A stretch of DNA of 64,000 bases from Nitrososphaerota archaeon (lineage in GTDB: Archaea; Thermoproteota; EX4484-205; JAAOZP01): assembly GCA_011605725.1 (NCBI GenBank), contig JAAOZP010000009.1:102351-166350 (forward strand), read 5' to 3'. Below the pieces are notes generated by a model that worked only from the letters and a program-made list of their open reading frames with translations, was not told where the DNA came from and ran no database searches. Numbering within the stretch: position 1 is the first letter of the stretch; every line of letters begins with the position of its first letter. Of the stretch, positions 10,130 through 20,114 are shown piece by piece. The position numbers and the translations under genes are program-made.

Positions 10130-10405
10130 ATGCCTGGTCTCAGGATTCAAATAAGGAGAGATTTAGAGGCTAGGTTCAGAGAAGCTGCGATGCGCAGGTT
10201 CGGCTATTCAAAGGGGGCTCTAAGCCGTGCTGCTGAAGAAGCTATTGAAAAATGGCTCTCCAGCATTGAGGAGGTTGTTTTTGAAGAGGATCCTGTCGAG
10301 GCTATAAAAGGACTGCTTTCAGACGTCAAGGTTAGCTCCGTCGAACTTCAGCACTCGGCTGCAAAGTCATGGTTCGAAGCTGCTTCTGAAAATGTACCTC
10401 GTTGA
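10130..10405 (+). CDS. vapB: ribbon-helix-helix antitoxin (VapB-like)
   Basis: FRE.AM..FG..KGALS.A.EEAI..W motif; overlaps the downstream PIN gene. Confidence 0.8.
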   Translation: MPGLRIQIRRDLEARFREAAMRRFGYSKGALSRAAEEAIEKWLSSIEEVVFEEDPVEAIKGLLSDVKVSSVELQHSAAKSWFEAASENVPR

Positions 10406-10796
10406 CACGAATATTTTTCTAGAAGTCATGCTTTCTCAAGCCAGAAGCAAAGAGTGCGAAGTCTTTCTGAAAAGCGTTAAGGAGGGTGTTTCAAAGGCGT
10501 TCGTAACAGATTTCTCAATATACTCCGTCATGATTATAATGTCAAGCCTTTCCAAGACGGATGAATTGAGAGTTTTCCTTTCAAGCCTTTCAGCGTATAA
10601 GGGACTTGCGATACACCGTAACGGGCTTAAAGACTTGTTGAGAGCAATAGGTATAATGATGGAGAAGCGCTTAGATTTGGATGACGCCATACAGTACTCG
10701 GCAGCTGTGTCGCTCGGGGTGAAAGCCATAGTTTCTTTCGACAAGCATTTCGACGGCCTGGAGGTTCCGAGGGCGGAACCCGCTCAGCTGATTTAA
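10392..10796 (+). CDS. vapC: PIN-domain toxin
   Basis: YLVDTNIFLE, DDAIQY and SFDKHFD motifs. Confidence 0.92.
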   Translation: MYLVDTNIFLEVMLSQARSKECEVFLKSVKEGVSKAFVTDFSIYSVMIIMSSLSKTDELRVFLSSLSAYKGLAIHRNGLKDLLRAIGIMMEKRLDLDDAIQYSAAVSLGVKAIVSFDKHFDGLEVPRAEPAQLI

Positions 10797-11252
10797 GGAG
10801 AAACCAGTTTTGCCTTCACCCCTTGAAGAAATCAGTATCACGCACCACACCACTATACTGCTTCCCACTGATTCGTCACGCGTGTAGCTTTTTCAAGCAG
10901 GCTGCTTGTCTACTAACCAGCATGGCGCCAGCTTACGGTTTAGGGAAAGACTGCAAGCCTGGAAAATGGTCCTGAATACTCTCAGATAACGTGTCTGAGC
11001 CTATGCTTTTTACAGCTTAATTGGCTATGGTGTGAAAGACCTGTGGGGACCTGGGGGGGTGGGCGAAAACTTTTGGATACGGCTAATATCGAATGAGCGG
11101 CTCCAGTGGAAGCTGAGGTTGAGTTAATGGGTTAAAACAGCCTGAAAACAGTGTTCTACTCCACTAGAACTTTCTAAGCAATGTTACGCTGAGCTGGAAC
11201 AAGTAAACATTTAAAACATGCCTAGAGAGGCGAAACCGAAGGTGAAACGGAT

Positions 11253-14200
11253 TTGAATCACCCGAGTTTGAAGAAAACATGCTCGATCGCAGCAATACTC
11301 GCGTTAATCCTGGTGGTTACGCCGCTAGCCGTAACGGCTCAGCAGGCGTACCCGCCTGGAGAATGGAAGTTCCAAATAGTCGACGACTGGGGAAAACCTG
11401 TTTCAAGCGCGGTAGCATACCTCTATAATAGCACTGTGCCAGTATCTTGGAGTACTCCGTGGAGCTTTGAAAACTGGCCCCTTATTAAATGGGGTGAGGC
11501 AGACGCCGATGGATGGGTAACAATACCTGAGCTTCCAGGAGACGCTTGGGACAGGTGCACAATATCAGGCAGAGAGATAAACTACACTCTCGTAATAAAG
11601 CTGAAGATAGGGACTGAAATAACTCCAATAACCATATTCAACGCGACAGTCCTCAGAATAGGCTATGCTTCAGGCACGCCGACGGCGATGGGCCTCTACA
11701 CCCTTCTAAACGCAACGACGATCCAAGGAACGTATCCGGGTAAAACATGGGTAACCAGCCCGGCTCAAGTGAACTTCACGAAAACCGTTGGAGGAAAGGT
11801 TTACGGAGGATACAAGGTTTGGCTATACTACGTTGCCCTCCAACCCCTGGATGAGCTAGGCTTCCCAATAACAGGCGCGACGCTCGAAGTAAGATATACT
11901 TCAGACTATAACGGCAAAACCTACATTGAGAACAAGCCTGTCAGCGCTTGGAAGAACAAGCTCTACGGAACCTACACTACCAACGGAACACTTGGAAGCG
12001 AGCTCGTCGTAGACCCCACATACATATACCATGCTAACTACCAGGTTGGATGGGTAGTCCTGAGAATACCCATGATAAACAGCACCACCGCATCCGACTT
12101 AGAATACAGGTCCTCGCTGGTAAGCAACCTGACTTTCATATGGAGGTTTAAGACCGGGACAGTCATAAACGTGACGAAATACTATGCTTTAGCCCCCATT
12201 GACTTCACTCCAACCTCCCCATGGGGACACCTTGTCGATGCTAATCAGCCTGCGGTCGGAAAATACTCTGACTACCTTGGAAACCTGATGGTCAACTCAA
12301 CGCACCAGGTTAACGCAACCGTGAGGTGGGTACCTATAGACCTGCTCGACTGCAACCGCAACAACTGGTTCACGATGAAGGCTGAGGTCTATGCTTTCGA
12401 CACTGCAGACAAGAACCAGTACATGCTCGCAGGCGTTAGAGTCGGCCCAGGCTCCTATGTTTTAAGGTATCCTGTTCCAGTTCCGCCCTATGGGAACATT
12501 ACTCTAGCGCTGGCTGTCGAATGGTACTACAGCGTAGTCAACGTTTCAAAGTGGAAAGTAGGATACACAGTATCGCCATACGAGATATACGATGAGCTTT
12601 CAGACAACTCGTGGAGCAAAGACGTATACGGAGTCCTCTATACTCCCTTGTACTCCTCTCCGGGTTTCACGCCTACGGGGATTAAGAACAACATGACCTG
12701 GGTGGACGTGAACTTCTGGAGCGCCGCAGAGCTTCCTCAGCAGCCAGCTGACTTCGCAGCAAAAATATGGCTTCCAGCAACAATAGGATACAGGAAGGCT
12801 GAGCCACTAACTGTGTGGTGGAACGGCAAGAATGGCTTTGTAGTACTGCCCGACATGGAGTACTATGCTGGTCCCAATCATGCCACGATAGATGAACTTG
12901 ACCCGTGGAGAATTGCATCCAATAAAGGATTCTGGGACTTTCACAGGCAAATGTCAATGGGCTGGGCTTACCCAGGATTCGCCGGTAGCGGCTGGCTTCC
13001 CACGAGGGAAGTAGGCTGGGTGGACTTCGAAGCATACTACGAGGGAGTTAAAGTCTTGGACACCTATGCTGAAGGAAAGAGCCTTAAGCTGGACTGCTGC
13101 GAAACCGATTTATCACCTTTCCCACCAAGCCCAGATACTGTTTGCCACTTCAACTTCACGCTGAAAATCTACGAGCTAGGGTTCCGCATAGTCTTCGAGT
13201 CATGCGGGCTGAAGATGGATGCTCCGACAGGGGTACCGTTCTTCTTCACGCATCCCAATCCTGAGATAGGGCTAGTTGGGCCGAAGGCTGTTAGCGAAGG
13301 AAAGGTTGATATTGTTAAGGCGCCGACTGGAAACTACAGTAACTTCGCAATAGTCTGGCAGATGAGCCTCCTGAGGCCCTATAAGATTCTCTACCTGCTT
13401 GACAACGGGACCACTGTAGAGCTGAAAGAGCCGATTAAGCTGACTGCGAACATGAGGAATATTCAGCTATACTTCAAGCTTTACAACCTTACTGTAGACA
13501 CTTGGAGCCAAGACCCGTTCAGAATAGTCAACGTGAACGTCACACTGTTCTCAGTTAGCGACTTCGGAATAGCTCCTGGAATAGGCATAACGAAGAGGAT
13601 GCTCGACCAGATAACTGATTCTAAAAGCATTTACTACAAGTATGTTCTCCCACCAGGCTGGAAGATCTATAAGACTGAGACGGATGCATACGGCTACCCG
13701 GTGGTTTACTACCATACTGACACTCAGACCAACTACTGGAATAAGCACCCGTCTTGGACATACCTGCCTGAGAAAGACTACTGGATATACGTGAGGGTTC
13801 CAGGTGGTAAATGGTACGATATTCCGGCCGACTCGCAGAAGGCTGTGAACGCCGGCTTTAGAGCCGTGGATGCTAACGCAACCCTGTACTGGAGCGGAGA
13901 CCCGTGGAACAAGCCGCTCCACCTGAGCGCCTGCTACGGCAACGACAACCCGTACATAGTTTACACCTACGTGTACAACCCGAAGATAGCGCTGAAGACG
14001 GCTTGCGGAGCACCATTAGTGTTCGACGAAACAATGAACTCCGCGTTAATACTGGCTGAGCCATGGGACAGTGGCAACCTGCTCTACTTCATGCAGCAGA
14101 TAGACCCGAATTCGCGGGTGACAATAGGTACGCCGAGCGGAGTAATAGCCGCACCGTACAACGCATACCTGGTTAGGAAGAACGCTACCGACAGTAATGG

Positions 14201-17200
14201 CGTCGTAACCCTCAGCTCGGTTAACGCTACGAGCGTCTCGCCGCCGAACGACCCAGACCTTTGGAACCCGACCACAGGATGGGTAGCTAAATACTACCCG
14301 AATCAGAGCAGGTACCTGATTGGGCAGAGCCCAGGCTCAGGCCCGATTAAGAAGACCACGCCGAAATACAGGTTCATGGTGTATTACAAGGGTGTCCTAG
14401 TCTACAACGAGTCCACGGTTTTGAGAAACCCGTACGATGGTAAGGAGCATACTCTAACGACTTCAGTCTATCCATACGTGTTCAGGGTTACGAACGACCC
14501 GCTTAAAGGCGGGACAGTCTTCGGAATAGCCAACATTAAGGTGACAGTGTTCTGGGCAGGGTTAAACGTCACATGGTGGCCTACGAAACACTTGACCTAC
14601 GAGACTGCGCCCATAGAGTTCTCACTGCTGAACGCCAGCAAGCTTAACAAGGGCTTCAACATGAGCGTAGTCAAAAGGCTCTGGGGTCCGAAACAGGTTG
14701 TGACAAGATACTTGGAGAACATACCTTACCAGCCTGTGCCACCCTACTTCAGTAGTATGGTTGTCGTAGAGTCAGCGTTAACCGACTCCAACGGGAAGGC
14801 AACCTTCCTAATACCAGTCTGGAACTACAGCATAACCCCGAAGATATACACGTATGTTGACGGCGATGACGGTGTAATCGGTGGAACCTACAAGGGAGGT
14901 CCAAGCAACCCGTGGAACAAGGCTCTTGGACCATTGTCGATAAACCTGATGACTGCTGGTGCAGCGGGTAGGACTGGAGCGCTCTTCGGAACACCCGTCT
15001 ACGCGAACTTCACAACCGTGCCGGGAGTGACGAACAACATTCCTGCCGGCGACGTTCCGAGGCTGGTTGGAGTGTTAACTGCCTCCGCTTACGGCAGATG
15101 GATACAGCACTCTATGAACGCGACAGGCCTGGTTAACACTGCCACGAAAACATGGGAGAACACTAGGGTTAAACTAACCTACTCAGATGGTTCAAGCGTC
15201 TACAAGGATGGTGTCTCGCTGAACACGACGTACCGTTCCGGCACCATTTACGGGACAAGCTGGGAGGCTGCAGTAGGCATGCTCAGCGGAGGAGCATACC
15301 AGCACAGGACTCCTGACAGCGAGACTGGGACAACAGTTTCTCCGCCTCAGCCGGCTGCAAACTGCTACGCTAAGGCTGAGGAAAGAATCATGGCTAACGA
15401 CATCGGCGTAGTCGTGAGAAACCTGGATAAGGTTGGGCTTCCAAACCAGAAGGTGACGATAACGAGGGAAGCAATATACGTGGACTCAACTAAGGTTGCC
15501 GACAAGGCTGTGCTGATGGAGGACTATACGCCGACGAAGCCTAACGCGGATCCGAGCGACTATTACATACTCTACCTAAGGTCGACGCCGAGCAACATCC
15601 TATGGGGCATCTACGACTTCACAGTTAAGACTGAGAACCTGACCAAGGGCATGACGAATACTCTGCTTAAGCTGAACGACCCGCAGTTCCTCGTTAAGAA
15701 GCTGGTAGGCGGAGCTGTAGACTGGAAGTCGGGCATAGTCTACCTAAACTGGACTGCAAGGCTGAGGGTGACGATACTGACTGAGGACGGCAGACCATTG
15801 GAGAAAGCATGGGTTTACGTCGTAGACGCTTACACGAGGGGCAACGTCACCGCTGCGATAACCGACACTTATGGGCATGCTGGGACACTGTTCGTCGGAA
15901 CAGGAAACGCTGTCCCACCGCTGATGATCGAGCCTGGAGACAGGGTTGACATAGGATTCAACCTGCTAAGAGGATGGTACTGGGTCGACGCGGACAAGAG
16001 GCTTACAGGAATAGCTGTAAATGAGGAGTGGGACATAACACCATATACTAAAGAGGTTCCGGCGCAGCCGACCGGAGCTGAATGGATCCAGAGCATAACG
16101 TATGGTGACAAAACTGGATGGGCAAGGTTCTACGGCAAGTACTACATCTACGTCTACTATAAGCCTGCTGGCTGCAGCGAAGTTCAGGGACCAGTGTTCT
16201 CAGAAGTAGTGTTCGACAGCTACACTGCTGAAGGCCAGTACCAGTACATATACCTTGGAATACATCCCGAGGCTGTTGCCCCGACAGCTGAGTATGCTGC
16301 AAGCCAGGCGAAGGACTATCGTGCGAGCGTGAGAGACCTTAGGATAAGCTTCATAGACTCCGCTGGAAGGCCTGTGACCGGTGTCACAGTGAAGGCTAGA
16401 CACCCAGTATACGGCTGGGAGAGCGAGCTCGCTAAAGCCCTCAGTGTTGAGACGAACACCGCGACGCTGAACAAGGTTCCGATGAAAACAGGTACAAGCT
16501 ACATGATAGAGGCTGAGTGGACAAGCAGGTACGGTACGAAGGCCACGGCAAAGGCCTCAGTAACACAGACTGAGACAACGATCTCGCTACCAATATACGA
16601 TGTTACTCTGAGGCTCCTAACCCCGAGGGGAGCACCATTAGTAGGTGTTCCAGTGAAGGTTGCCGGTGTTGACGTTGGAGCAACATCCGCAACCGGAGAA
16701 GTGGTGGTGCCTCAGATACCTCCAGCAACATATACGGTGGCAGCATCATGGCTGGATACTGCTTTAAGCCTGCCCTCGCTAACAGTGTCTGGACCAGGTG
16801 CAGTAACGTTGACGCCGAGCAACGTGCATGCTCTGACTGTCAGAGTGATAGGTGCTCAGGGACAGTCGCTTGAAGGCGCTACGGTGAAAGTGACGAAGGG
16901 CACTGTGACGGTTACGAGGCTGACTGATAAGGATGGTAAAGCTGAGATAGAGCTTCCTGACGCAAGCTACAACATTGAAGTCACGTACGGACAGTTCGGA
17001 AAGACTGACTCAGTATCCATGACTGCTGACACTCTTAAGACCGTTAACCTAGACGTGTTCGTAGAGTTCCTAGGCGTAGGCATGAGCATGTCCCAGTTCC
17101 TGCTGTTCATAGTGATGATCATAATCATCGTAATAGTGCTCGCCATCGTGGTGCACGAGTACCACATCTACAGGCGTAAGAGGCTTCCGCAGCTCTTCGG

Positions 17201-17222
17201 AGCACCGGCAGGACCAAAGTAG
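11253..17222 (+). CDS. very large surface / S-layer-like glycoprotein with C-terminal carboxypeptidase-regulatory-like beta repeats and membrane anchor
   Basis: Signal peptide, dozens of N-X-S/T sequons, repeated G.P..GA.V beta-sandwich motifs, C-terminal TM followed by RRKR, GGTGA SD upstream and T-tract downstream. Confidence 0.8.
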   Translation: MNHPSLKKTCSIAAILALILVVTPLAVTAQQAYPPGEWKFQIVDDWGKPVSSAVAYLYNSTVPVSWSTPWSFENWPLIKWGEADADGWVTIPELPGDAWDRCTISGREINYTLVIKLKIGTEITPITIFNATVLRIGYASGTPTAMGLYTLLNATTIQGTYPGKTWVTSPAQVNFTKTVGGKVYGGYKVWLYYVALQPLDELGFPITGATLEVRYTSDYNGKTYIENKPVSAWKNKLYGTYTTNGTLGSELVVDPTYIYHANYQVGWVVLRIPMINSTTASDLEYRSSLVSNLTFIWRFKTGTVINVTKYYALAPIDFTPTSPWGHLVDANQPAVGKYSDYLGNLMVNSTHQVNATVRWVPIDLLDCNRNNWFTMKAEVYAFDTADKNQYMLAGVRVGPGSYVLRYPVPVPPYGNITLALAVEWYYSVVNVSKWKVGYTVSPYEIYDELSDNSWSKDVYGVLYTPLYSSPGFTPTGIKNNMTWVDVNFWSAAELPQQPADFAAKIWLPATIGYRKAEPLTVWWNGKNGFVVLPDMEYYAGPNHATIDELDPWRIASNKGFWDFHRQMSMGWAYPGFAGSGWLPTREVGWVDFEAYYEGVKVLDTYAEGKSLKLDCCETDLSPFPPSPDTVCHFNFTLKIYELGFRIVFESCGLKMDAPTGVPFFFTHPNPEIGLVGPKAVSEGKVDIVKAPTGNYSNFAIVWQMSLLRPYKILYLLDNGTTVELKEPIKLTANMRNIQLYFKLYNLTVDTWSQDPFRIVNVNVTLFSVSDFGIAPGIGITKRMLDQITDSKSIYYKYVLPPGWKIYKTETDAYGYPVVYYHTDTQTNYWNKHPSWTYLPEKDYWIYVRVPGGKWYDIPADSQKAVNAGFRAVDANATLYWSGDPWNKPLHLSACYGNDNPYIVYTYVYNPKIALKTACGAPLVFDETMNSALILAEPWDSGNLLYFMQQIDPNSRVTIGTPSGVIAAPYNAYLVRKNATDSNGVVTLSSVNATSVSPPNDPDLWNPTTGWVAKYYPNQSRYLIGQSPGSGPIKKTTPKYRFMVYYKGVLVYNESTVLRNPYDGKEHTLTTSVYPYVFRVTNDPLKGGTVFGIANIKVTVFWAGLNVTWWPTKHLTYETAPIEFSLLNASKLNKGFNMSVVKRLWGPKQVVTRYLENIPYQPVPPYFSSMVVVESALTDSNGKATFLIPVWNYSITPKIYTYVDGDDGVIGGTYKGGPSNPWNKALGPLSINLMTAGAAGRTGALFGTPVYANFTTVPGVTNNIPAGDVPRLVGVLTASAYGRWIQHSMNATGLVNTATKTWENTRVKLTYSDGSSVYKDGVSLNTTYRSGTIYGTSWEAAVGMLSGGAYQHRTPDSETGTTVSPPQPAANCYAKAEERIMANDIGVVVRNLDKVGLPNQKVTITREAIYVDSTKVADKAVLMEDYTPTKPNADPSDYYILYLRSTPSNILWGIYDFTVKTENLTKGMTNTLLKLNDPQFLVKKLVGGAVDWKSGIVYLNWTARLRVTILTEDGRPLEKAWVYVVDAYTRGNVTAAITDTYGHAGTLFVGTGNAVPPLMIEPGDRVDIGFNLLRGWYWVDADKRLTGIAVNEEWDITPYTKEVPAQPTGAEWIQSITYGDKTGWARFYGKYYIYVYYKPAGCSEVQGPVFSEVVFDSYTAEGQYQYIYLGIHPEAVAPTAEYAASQAKDYRASVRDLRISFIDSAGRPVTGVTVKARHPVYGWESELAKALSVETNTATLNKVPMKTGTSYMIEAEWTSRYGTKATAKASVTQTETTISLPIYDVTLRLLTPRGAPLVGVPVKVAGVDVGATSATGEVVVPQIPPATYTVAASWLDTALSLPSLTVSGPGAVTLTPSNVHALTVRVIGAQGQSLEGATVKVTKGTVTVTRLTDKDGKAEIELPDASYNIEVTYGQFGKTDSVSMTADTLKTVNLDVFVEFLGVGMSMSQFLLFIVMIIIIVIVLAIVVHEYHIYRRKRLPQLFGAPAGPK

Positions 17223-17237
17223 AACACTCTAACCCTA

Positions 17238-17265
17238 TTTCCTTTTTTTTCTTTTCTCCTTTTTT
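17238..17265 (+). terminator. archaeal oligo-T terminator
   Basis: TTTCCTTTTTTTTCTTTTCTCCTTTTTT just after the stop of the surface-protein gene. Confidence 0.75.
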
Positions 17266-17344
17266 AAGCAGTCCGCCATGTCTTTTTACCGCTGATTAAT
17301 AGTCTAGAAACCTTTTTTAACAAGGCAGCGTTGAAACAAACGTC

Positions 17345-18178
17345 TTGAGTCAAGGAAGAACATGCCCGAGGTGCGGTGCTGCAGTAAGCGTAGACGACGA
17401 GTTCTGCAGCCTGTGCGGCCTCCGCCTCCCGAAACCGGGTTCAGAGGAGGTTTTTGAAGAAACTGTTGAAAACAGGTCGGACTTGACGGAAGAGTATGCT
17501 CCTGAAAAGCCTCCTGTTAAAAAACCTGTGAAAACCATTAAGCCTGTTCAACGCAAGCCAGCCGCGGTTAAAGCCGTGCCGCCCAAGACTCTGGTTTTGA
17601 AAAAGTGTCCAAACTGCAACACTCCCGTCAGGGAGGACTTGAAGTTCTGCCCTAACTGTGGTTTCAACCTTGAGGTTGCAAGGATGAGGCTAAGAATGAG
17701 GCAGCAGGGCGTCCAGCAGAAATACTCGAGGAGAGAGTTCTTCAGCTTCGAAGGCTACCAGCTTGAAGGAGTCCCCATGACCGCGTTAATGCTGATAATA
17801 TGGGCTGTCTGGAACTTCGGGGTCGCGGTTGTTTCCTCAATGGGCTTCATCCAGCCGCAGCTTCCACCATTGCTCTCAATAGTTCCACCAGCCGTCTTCA
17901 CCACGCTCATAGGAGTTCTCTCCATACTCTCAGCCATAGGCCTCCTAATGGTTATACGCCCACTGTTCTACATTGTGCTTGCGCTCGTGCTTCTGGAGAT
18001 ACCTGTGTCAATAATGCAGATAATCTATGCTGCCTCCCCGCCCCCAACATCCCCCTCGCCGAGAGGTACATCGGTTTTCGAAAACTTCGCCGCCGGCCTA
18101 GTCGGCCTAGTCATAGTCATAGGCTTGACGATCCAGCTTCTAAGGGTCCACAAGTATTTCACGGGAGTGACTGTTTAA
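17345..18178 (+). CDS. double zinc-ribbon membrane protein
   Basis: CPRCG..FCSLCG and CPNCN..FCPNCG ribbons, a K/P-rich linker and four C-terminal TM segments. Confidence 0.8.
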   Translation: MSQGRTCPRCGAAVSVDDEFCSLCGLRLPKPGSEEVFEETVENRSDLTEEYAPEKPPVKKPVKTIKPVQRKPAAVKAVPPKTLVLKKCPNCNTPVREDLKFCPNCGFNLEVARMRLRMRQQGVQQKYSRREFFSFEGYQLEGVPMTALMLIIWAVWNFGVAVVSSMGFIQPQLPPLLSIVPPAVFTTLIGVLSILSAIGLLMVIRPLFYIVLALVLLEIPVSIMQIIYAASPPPTSPSPRGTSVFENFAAGLVGLVIVIGLTIQLLRVHKYFTGVTV

Positions 18179-18265
18179 ATGAACAGGAAGGTCGTGGCGA
18201 TAATCCTCCTACTCCTCTTCCTTATGAGCATGGTTGCAGGCATTATTCTAAGCATTTTTAAATGA
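18179..18265 (+). CDS. 28-aa single-TM small protein MNRKVVAIILLLLFLMSMVAGIILSIFK (not in ORF track)
   Basis: ATG directly abuts the upstream TAA; basic N-terminus followed by an uninterrupted hydrophobic helix. Confidence 0.6.
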   Translation: MNRKVVAIILLLLFLMSMVAGIILSIFK

Positions 18266-18295
18266 CTCCGCATCCCTAGGAAGCGATTCGCCGCT
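18249..18295. repeat. degenerate relic copy of the thrS 3' end (most diverged copy)
   Basis: taagcat..gactccgcatccctaggaagcgattcgccgct aligns by eye to taggcat..ggctcctcatcggcacgaagactattctcttgct at 20116-20162. Confidence 0.55.
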
Positions 18296-18504
18296 GTTTC
18301 TTCCATAGTCCCAGCTATAAATAACCAGGTTTTTTCTCATTACGCGGAAAACCGGATGAAGGATTTTTCGGAAGATGCTTGGATAACTTGCTAGTGTTGT
18401 TTCCTTAGGGTTTGTCTCTAACTGTTAGAAGCCGGTTCAACGCTGTCTGCTTTGCTTTAAAGGTGATGGGTGTTTAAACAGGAGGCTATTCTGGGAAAAA
18501 CGTT

Positions 18505-18530
18505 TATAAGGATTCCCGTTAATCCTTATA
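18505..18530. promoter_or_regulatory. perfect 10-bp inverted repeat overlapping the TATA box (putative operator)
   Basis: TATAAGGATT-CCCGTT-AATCCTTATA ending 10 bp before the ATG of an RHH-containing gene. Confidence 0.75.
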
Positions 18531-18540
18531 TGCGGTAACT

Positions 18541-18951
18541 ATGGTTAAGACAACCATTGAGGTCGACGAAGACCTTTGGAGGCGTTTCAGCCTGCTTGTG
18601 CTACGAGAAAGGGGTGACCGGAAAAAGAACGAGGTTATTGTCGAGATCCTCAGGGATTATGTTGAGCAGAAAGGCTTATTTGTTGACGACCAACAGCTAG
18701 AATCCATTCTTCGAATTGAAGAGGAGCGGGAGGTTTTTCTTAAAATCTGGGACAAGCTTATTCACGACCCTTTTTACAACGGGAAGTACGTCGCCGTTTT
18801 CCGGGGGTCGGTTGTAGGGTGCGATGAGGAAAAGGGGAGGCTGGCGGAAACAGTATATAAGAAGTATGGGTATGTCCCGATTTACATCGACAAGGTGGCT
18901 CCCGGCGAAAGAAGTGTGGAGGTGCCTTCACCCGAGTTGGCTGTCCCATGA
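18541..18951 (+). CDS. RHH + DUF5678-like protein
   Basis: N-terminal KTTIEVDEDLWRRF RHH; C-terminal Y.GKYVAV..G.VVG.D....L...VY.KYG..PIYI.KV. Confidence 0.75.
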   Translation: MVKTTIEVDEDLWRRFSLLVLRERGDRKKNEVIVEILRDYVEQKGLFVDDQQLESILRIEEEREVFLKIWDKLIHDPFYNGKYVAVFRGSVVGCDEEKGRLAETVYKKYGYVPIYIDKVAPGERSVEVPSPELAVP

Positions 18952-19319
18952 ACTATAGTTTCGAGTATTCTCCTCCAGCACCGTCTTTAAAGGTTAGGCT
19001 CACCAGACCCTTCTCCGACCGTTCGCTGGAGCTCCAGGCCAAGCTGGATACGGGTGCCGACATGACTGTGCTTCCACAGCAGACTGTAGGTGAACTCGGG
19101 CTCATCCCAGCGAGCCGCGTATCCGTTTTATCGTTCGACGGACGGAGAGCTTGGAGATACACCTATTTTGTAAACCTTTCCTTCAACGGCTTCGAGTACA
19201 AGATGGTTGAAGTAATCGACGCCAAGCGTCACGACGCACTTCTAGGCCGAGACGTTCTCAACAGGTTGAAAATTTCCCTAGACGGTAAATCGTTAAGCTT
19301 CAGCCTCCTAGACCCGTAA
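18948..19319 (+). CDS. retropepsin-like (clan AA) aspartyl protease
   Basis: Catalytic LDTGAD and LLGRDVL motifs; ATGA overlap with the upstream gene. Confidence 0.88.
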   Translation: MNYSFEYSPPAPSLKVRLTRPFSDRSLELQAKLDTGADMTVLPQQTVGELGLIPASRVSVLSFDGRRAWRYTYFVNLSFNGFEYKMVEVIDAKRHDALLGRDVLNRLKISLDGKSLSFSLLDP

Positions 19320-19380
19320 AGACGGTCCACGCGAGGAAATAACAACTATTGCGCAGGCATTATATGCCAAAGCTATATTA

Positions 19381-19428
19381 TTAAGCAGACCCGCTAGCTC
19401 CCCATCGGCACGAGACTATTCTCATGCT
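19381..19428. repeat. relic copy of the thrS 3' end
   Basis: 41 of 49 aligned columns identical to 20115-20162, including the stop codon. Confidence 0.9.
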
Positions 19429-19675
19429 AGATGTGTGCTTCTCAAAATTAAGAGGTCTTGTTCGAAATCTCCAGAATCATCTTCATGACTTTTACTTGAA
19501 AGACCCTTTGGATCAAATTTCTCTGCTATCACGTATGCTTCTTTAAGCCTGTCTTCATAAAATTCTCTTGAAACTAGCGCGCGCTCATATTTTTCAACAA
19601 TGCGATAAGCCTTTGAGCTTCTTCCCGATATAATAATCGTGAATAGAACACTACTATTGACTACTAAAGCAGTCC
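19422..19675 (-). pseudogene. vapC: internally deleted PIN-domain toxin
   Basis: LVVNSSVLF (the first catalytic Asp is replaced), then a jump to EFY...L.EAY.IA..FDPK; the middle and the C-terminal acidic motifs are missing. Confidence 0.6.
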
Positions 19676-19900
19676 CTTCCTTTCGTACTCTTTCTCGACC
19701 TCTTTCCATGCCTCATCTCTCGTTTCCTCAAATTTTCTAATTGCTTCATCCAAGTCTACACTTAATCCTTTTTCAAGGCTCTTTAGAATCAGCTTCTTAG
19801 CCATTTTGCGAGCTAGCCCTTCAGCAACCCAGCGAACAATATCGTCTTCAGACACATCCTCTGGTACCTTGATGCTGATAACTTTAGCCAAACTTTTCAC
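19664..19900 (-). CDS. putative antitoxin upstream of the PIN remnant
   Basis: Small charged protein (VISIKVPEDV) overlapping the PIN gene start. Confidence 0.6.
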   Translation of the reverse strand: MKSLAKVISIKVPEDVSEDDIVRWVAEGLARKMAKKLILKSLEKGLSVDLDEAIRKFEETRDEAWKEVEKEYERKGLL

Positions 19901-20114
19901 CAGGATTTATTGTTCTGTTGAACTTCTCCTCAAGGCAACCGGGCTCGAGATTACCTAGGGGCCCGTCCCCTTTCCGAAGCCTTTAACTTTGACGTTCTTC
20001 ATGACTAAATTCCGGGGAAATCTAGGTTTTCAGCCCAATTGCTTCTCACGGGTTCAGTCATACGCGCATTAACTCTAAATAAGGGTGCCGACGTGACTGG
20101 GTGCGCGCAAACTT

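Noticed and set aside
11040-11115. ORB-like CTCCAGTGGAAGC and G-tract as a replication origin or G-quadruplex
   Set aside because: Single imperfect box, no initiator gene nearby and no AT-rich unwinding element; better explained as promoter region.
12682-17167. Multiple antisense ORFs within the surface-protein gene (and similar shadows across core genes)
   Set aside because: Shadow frames of a long coding sequence with no recognisable protein features.
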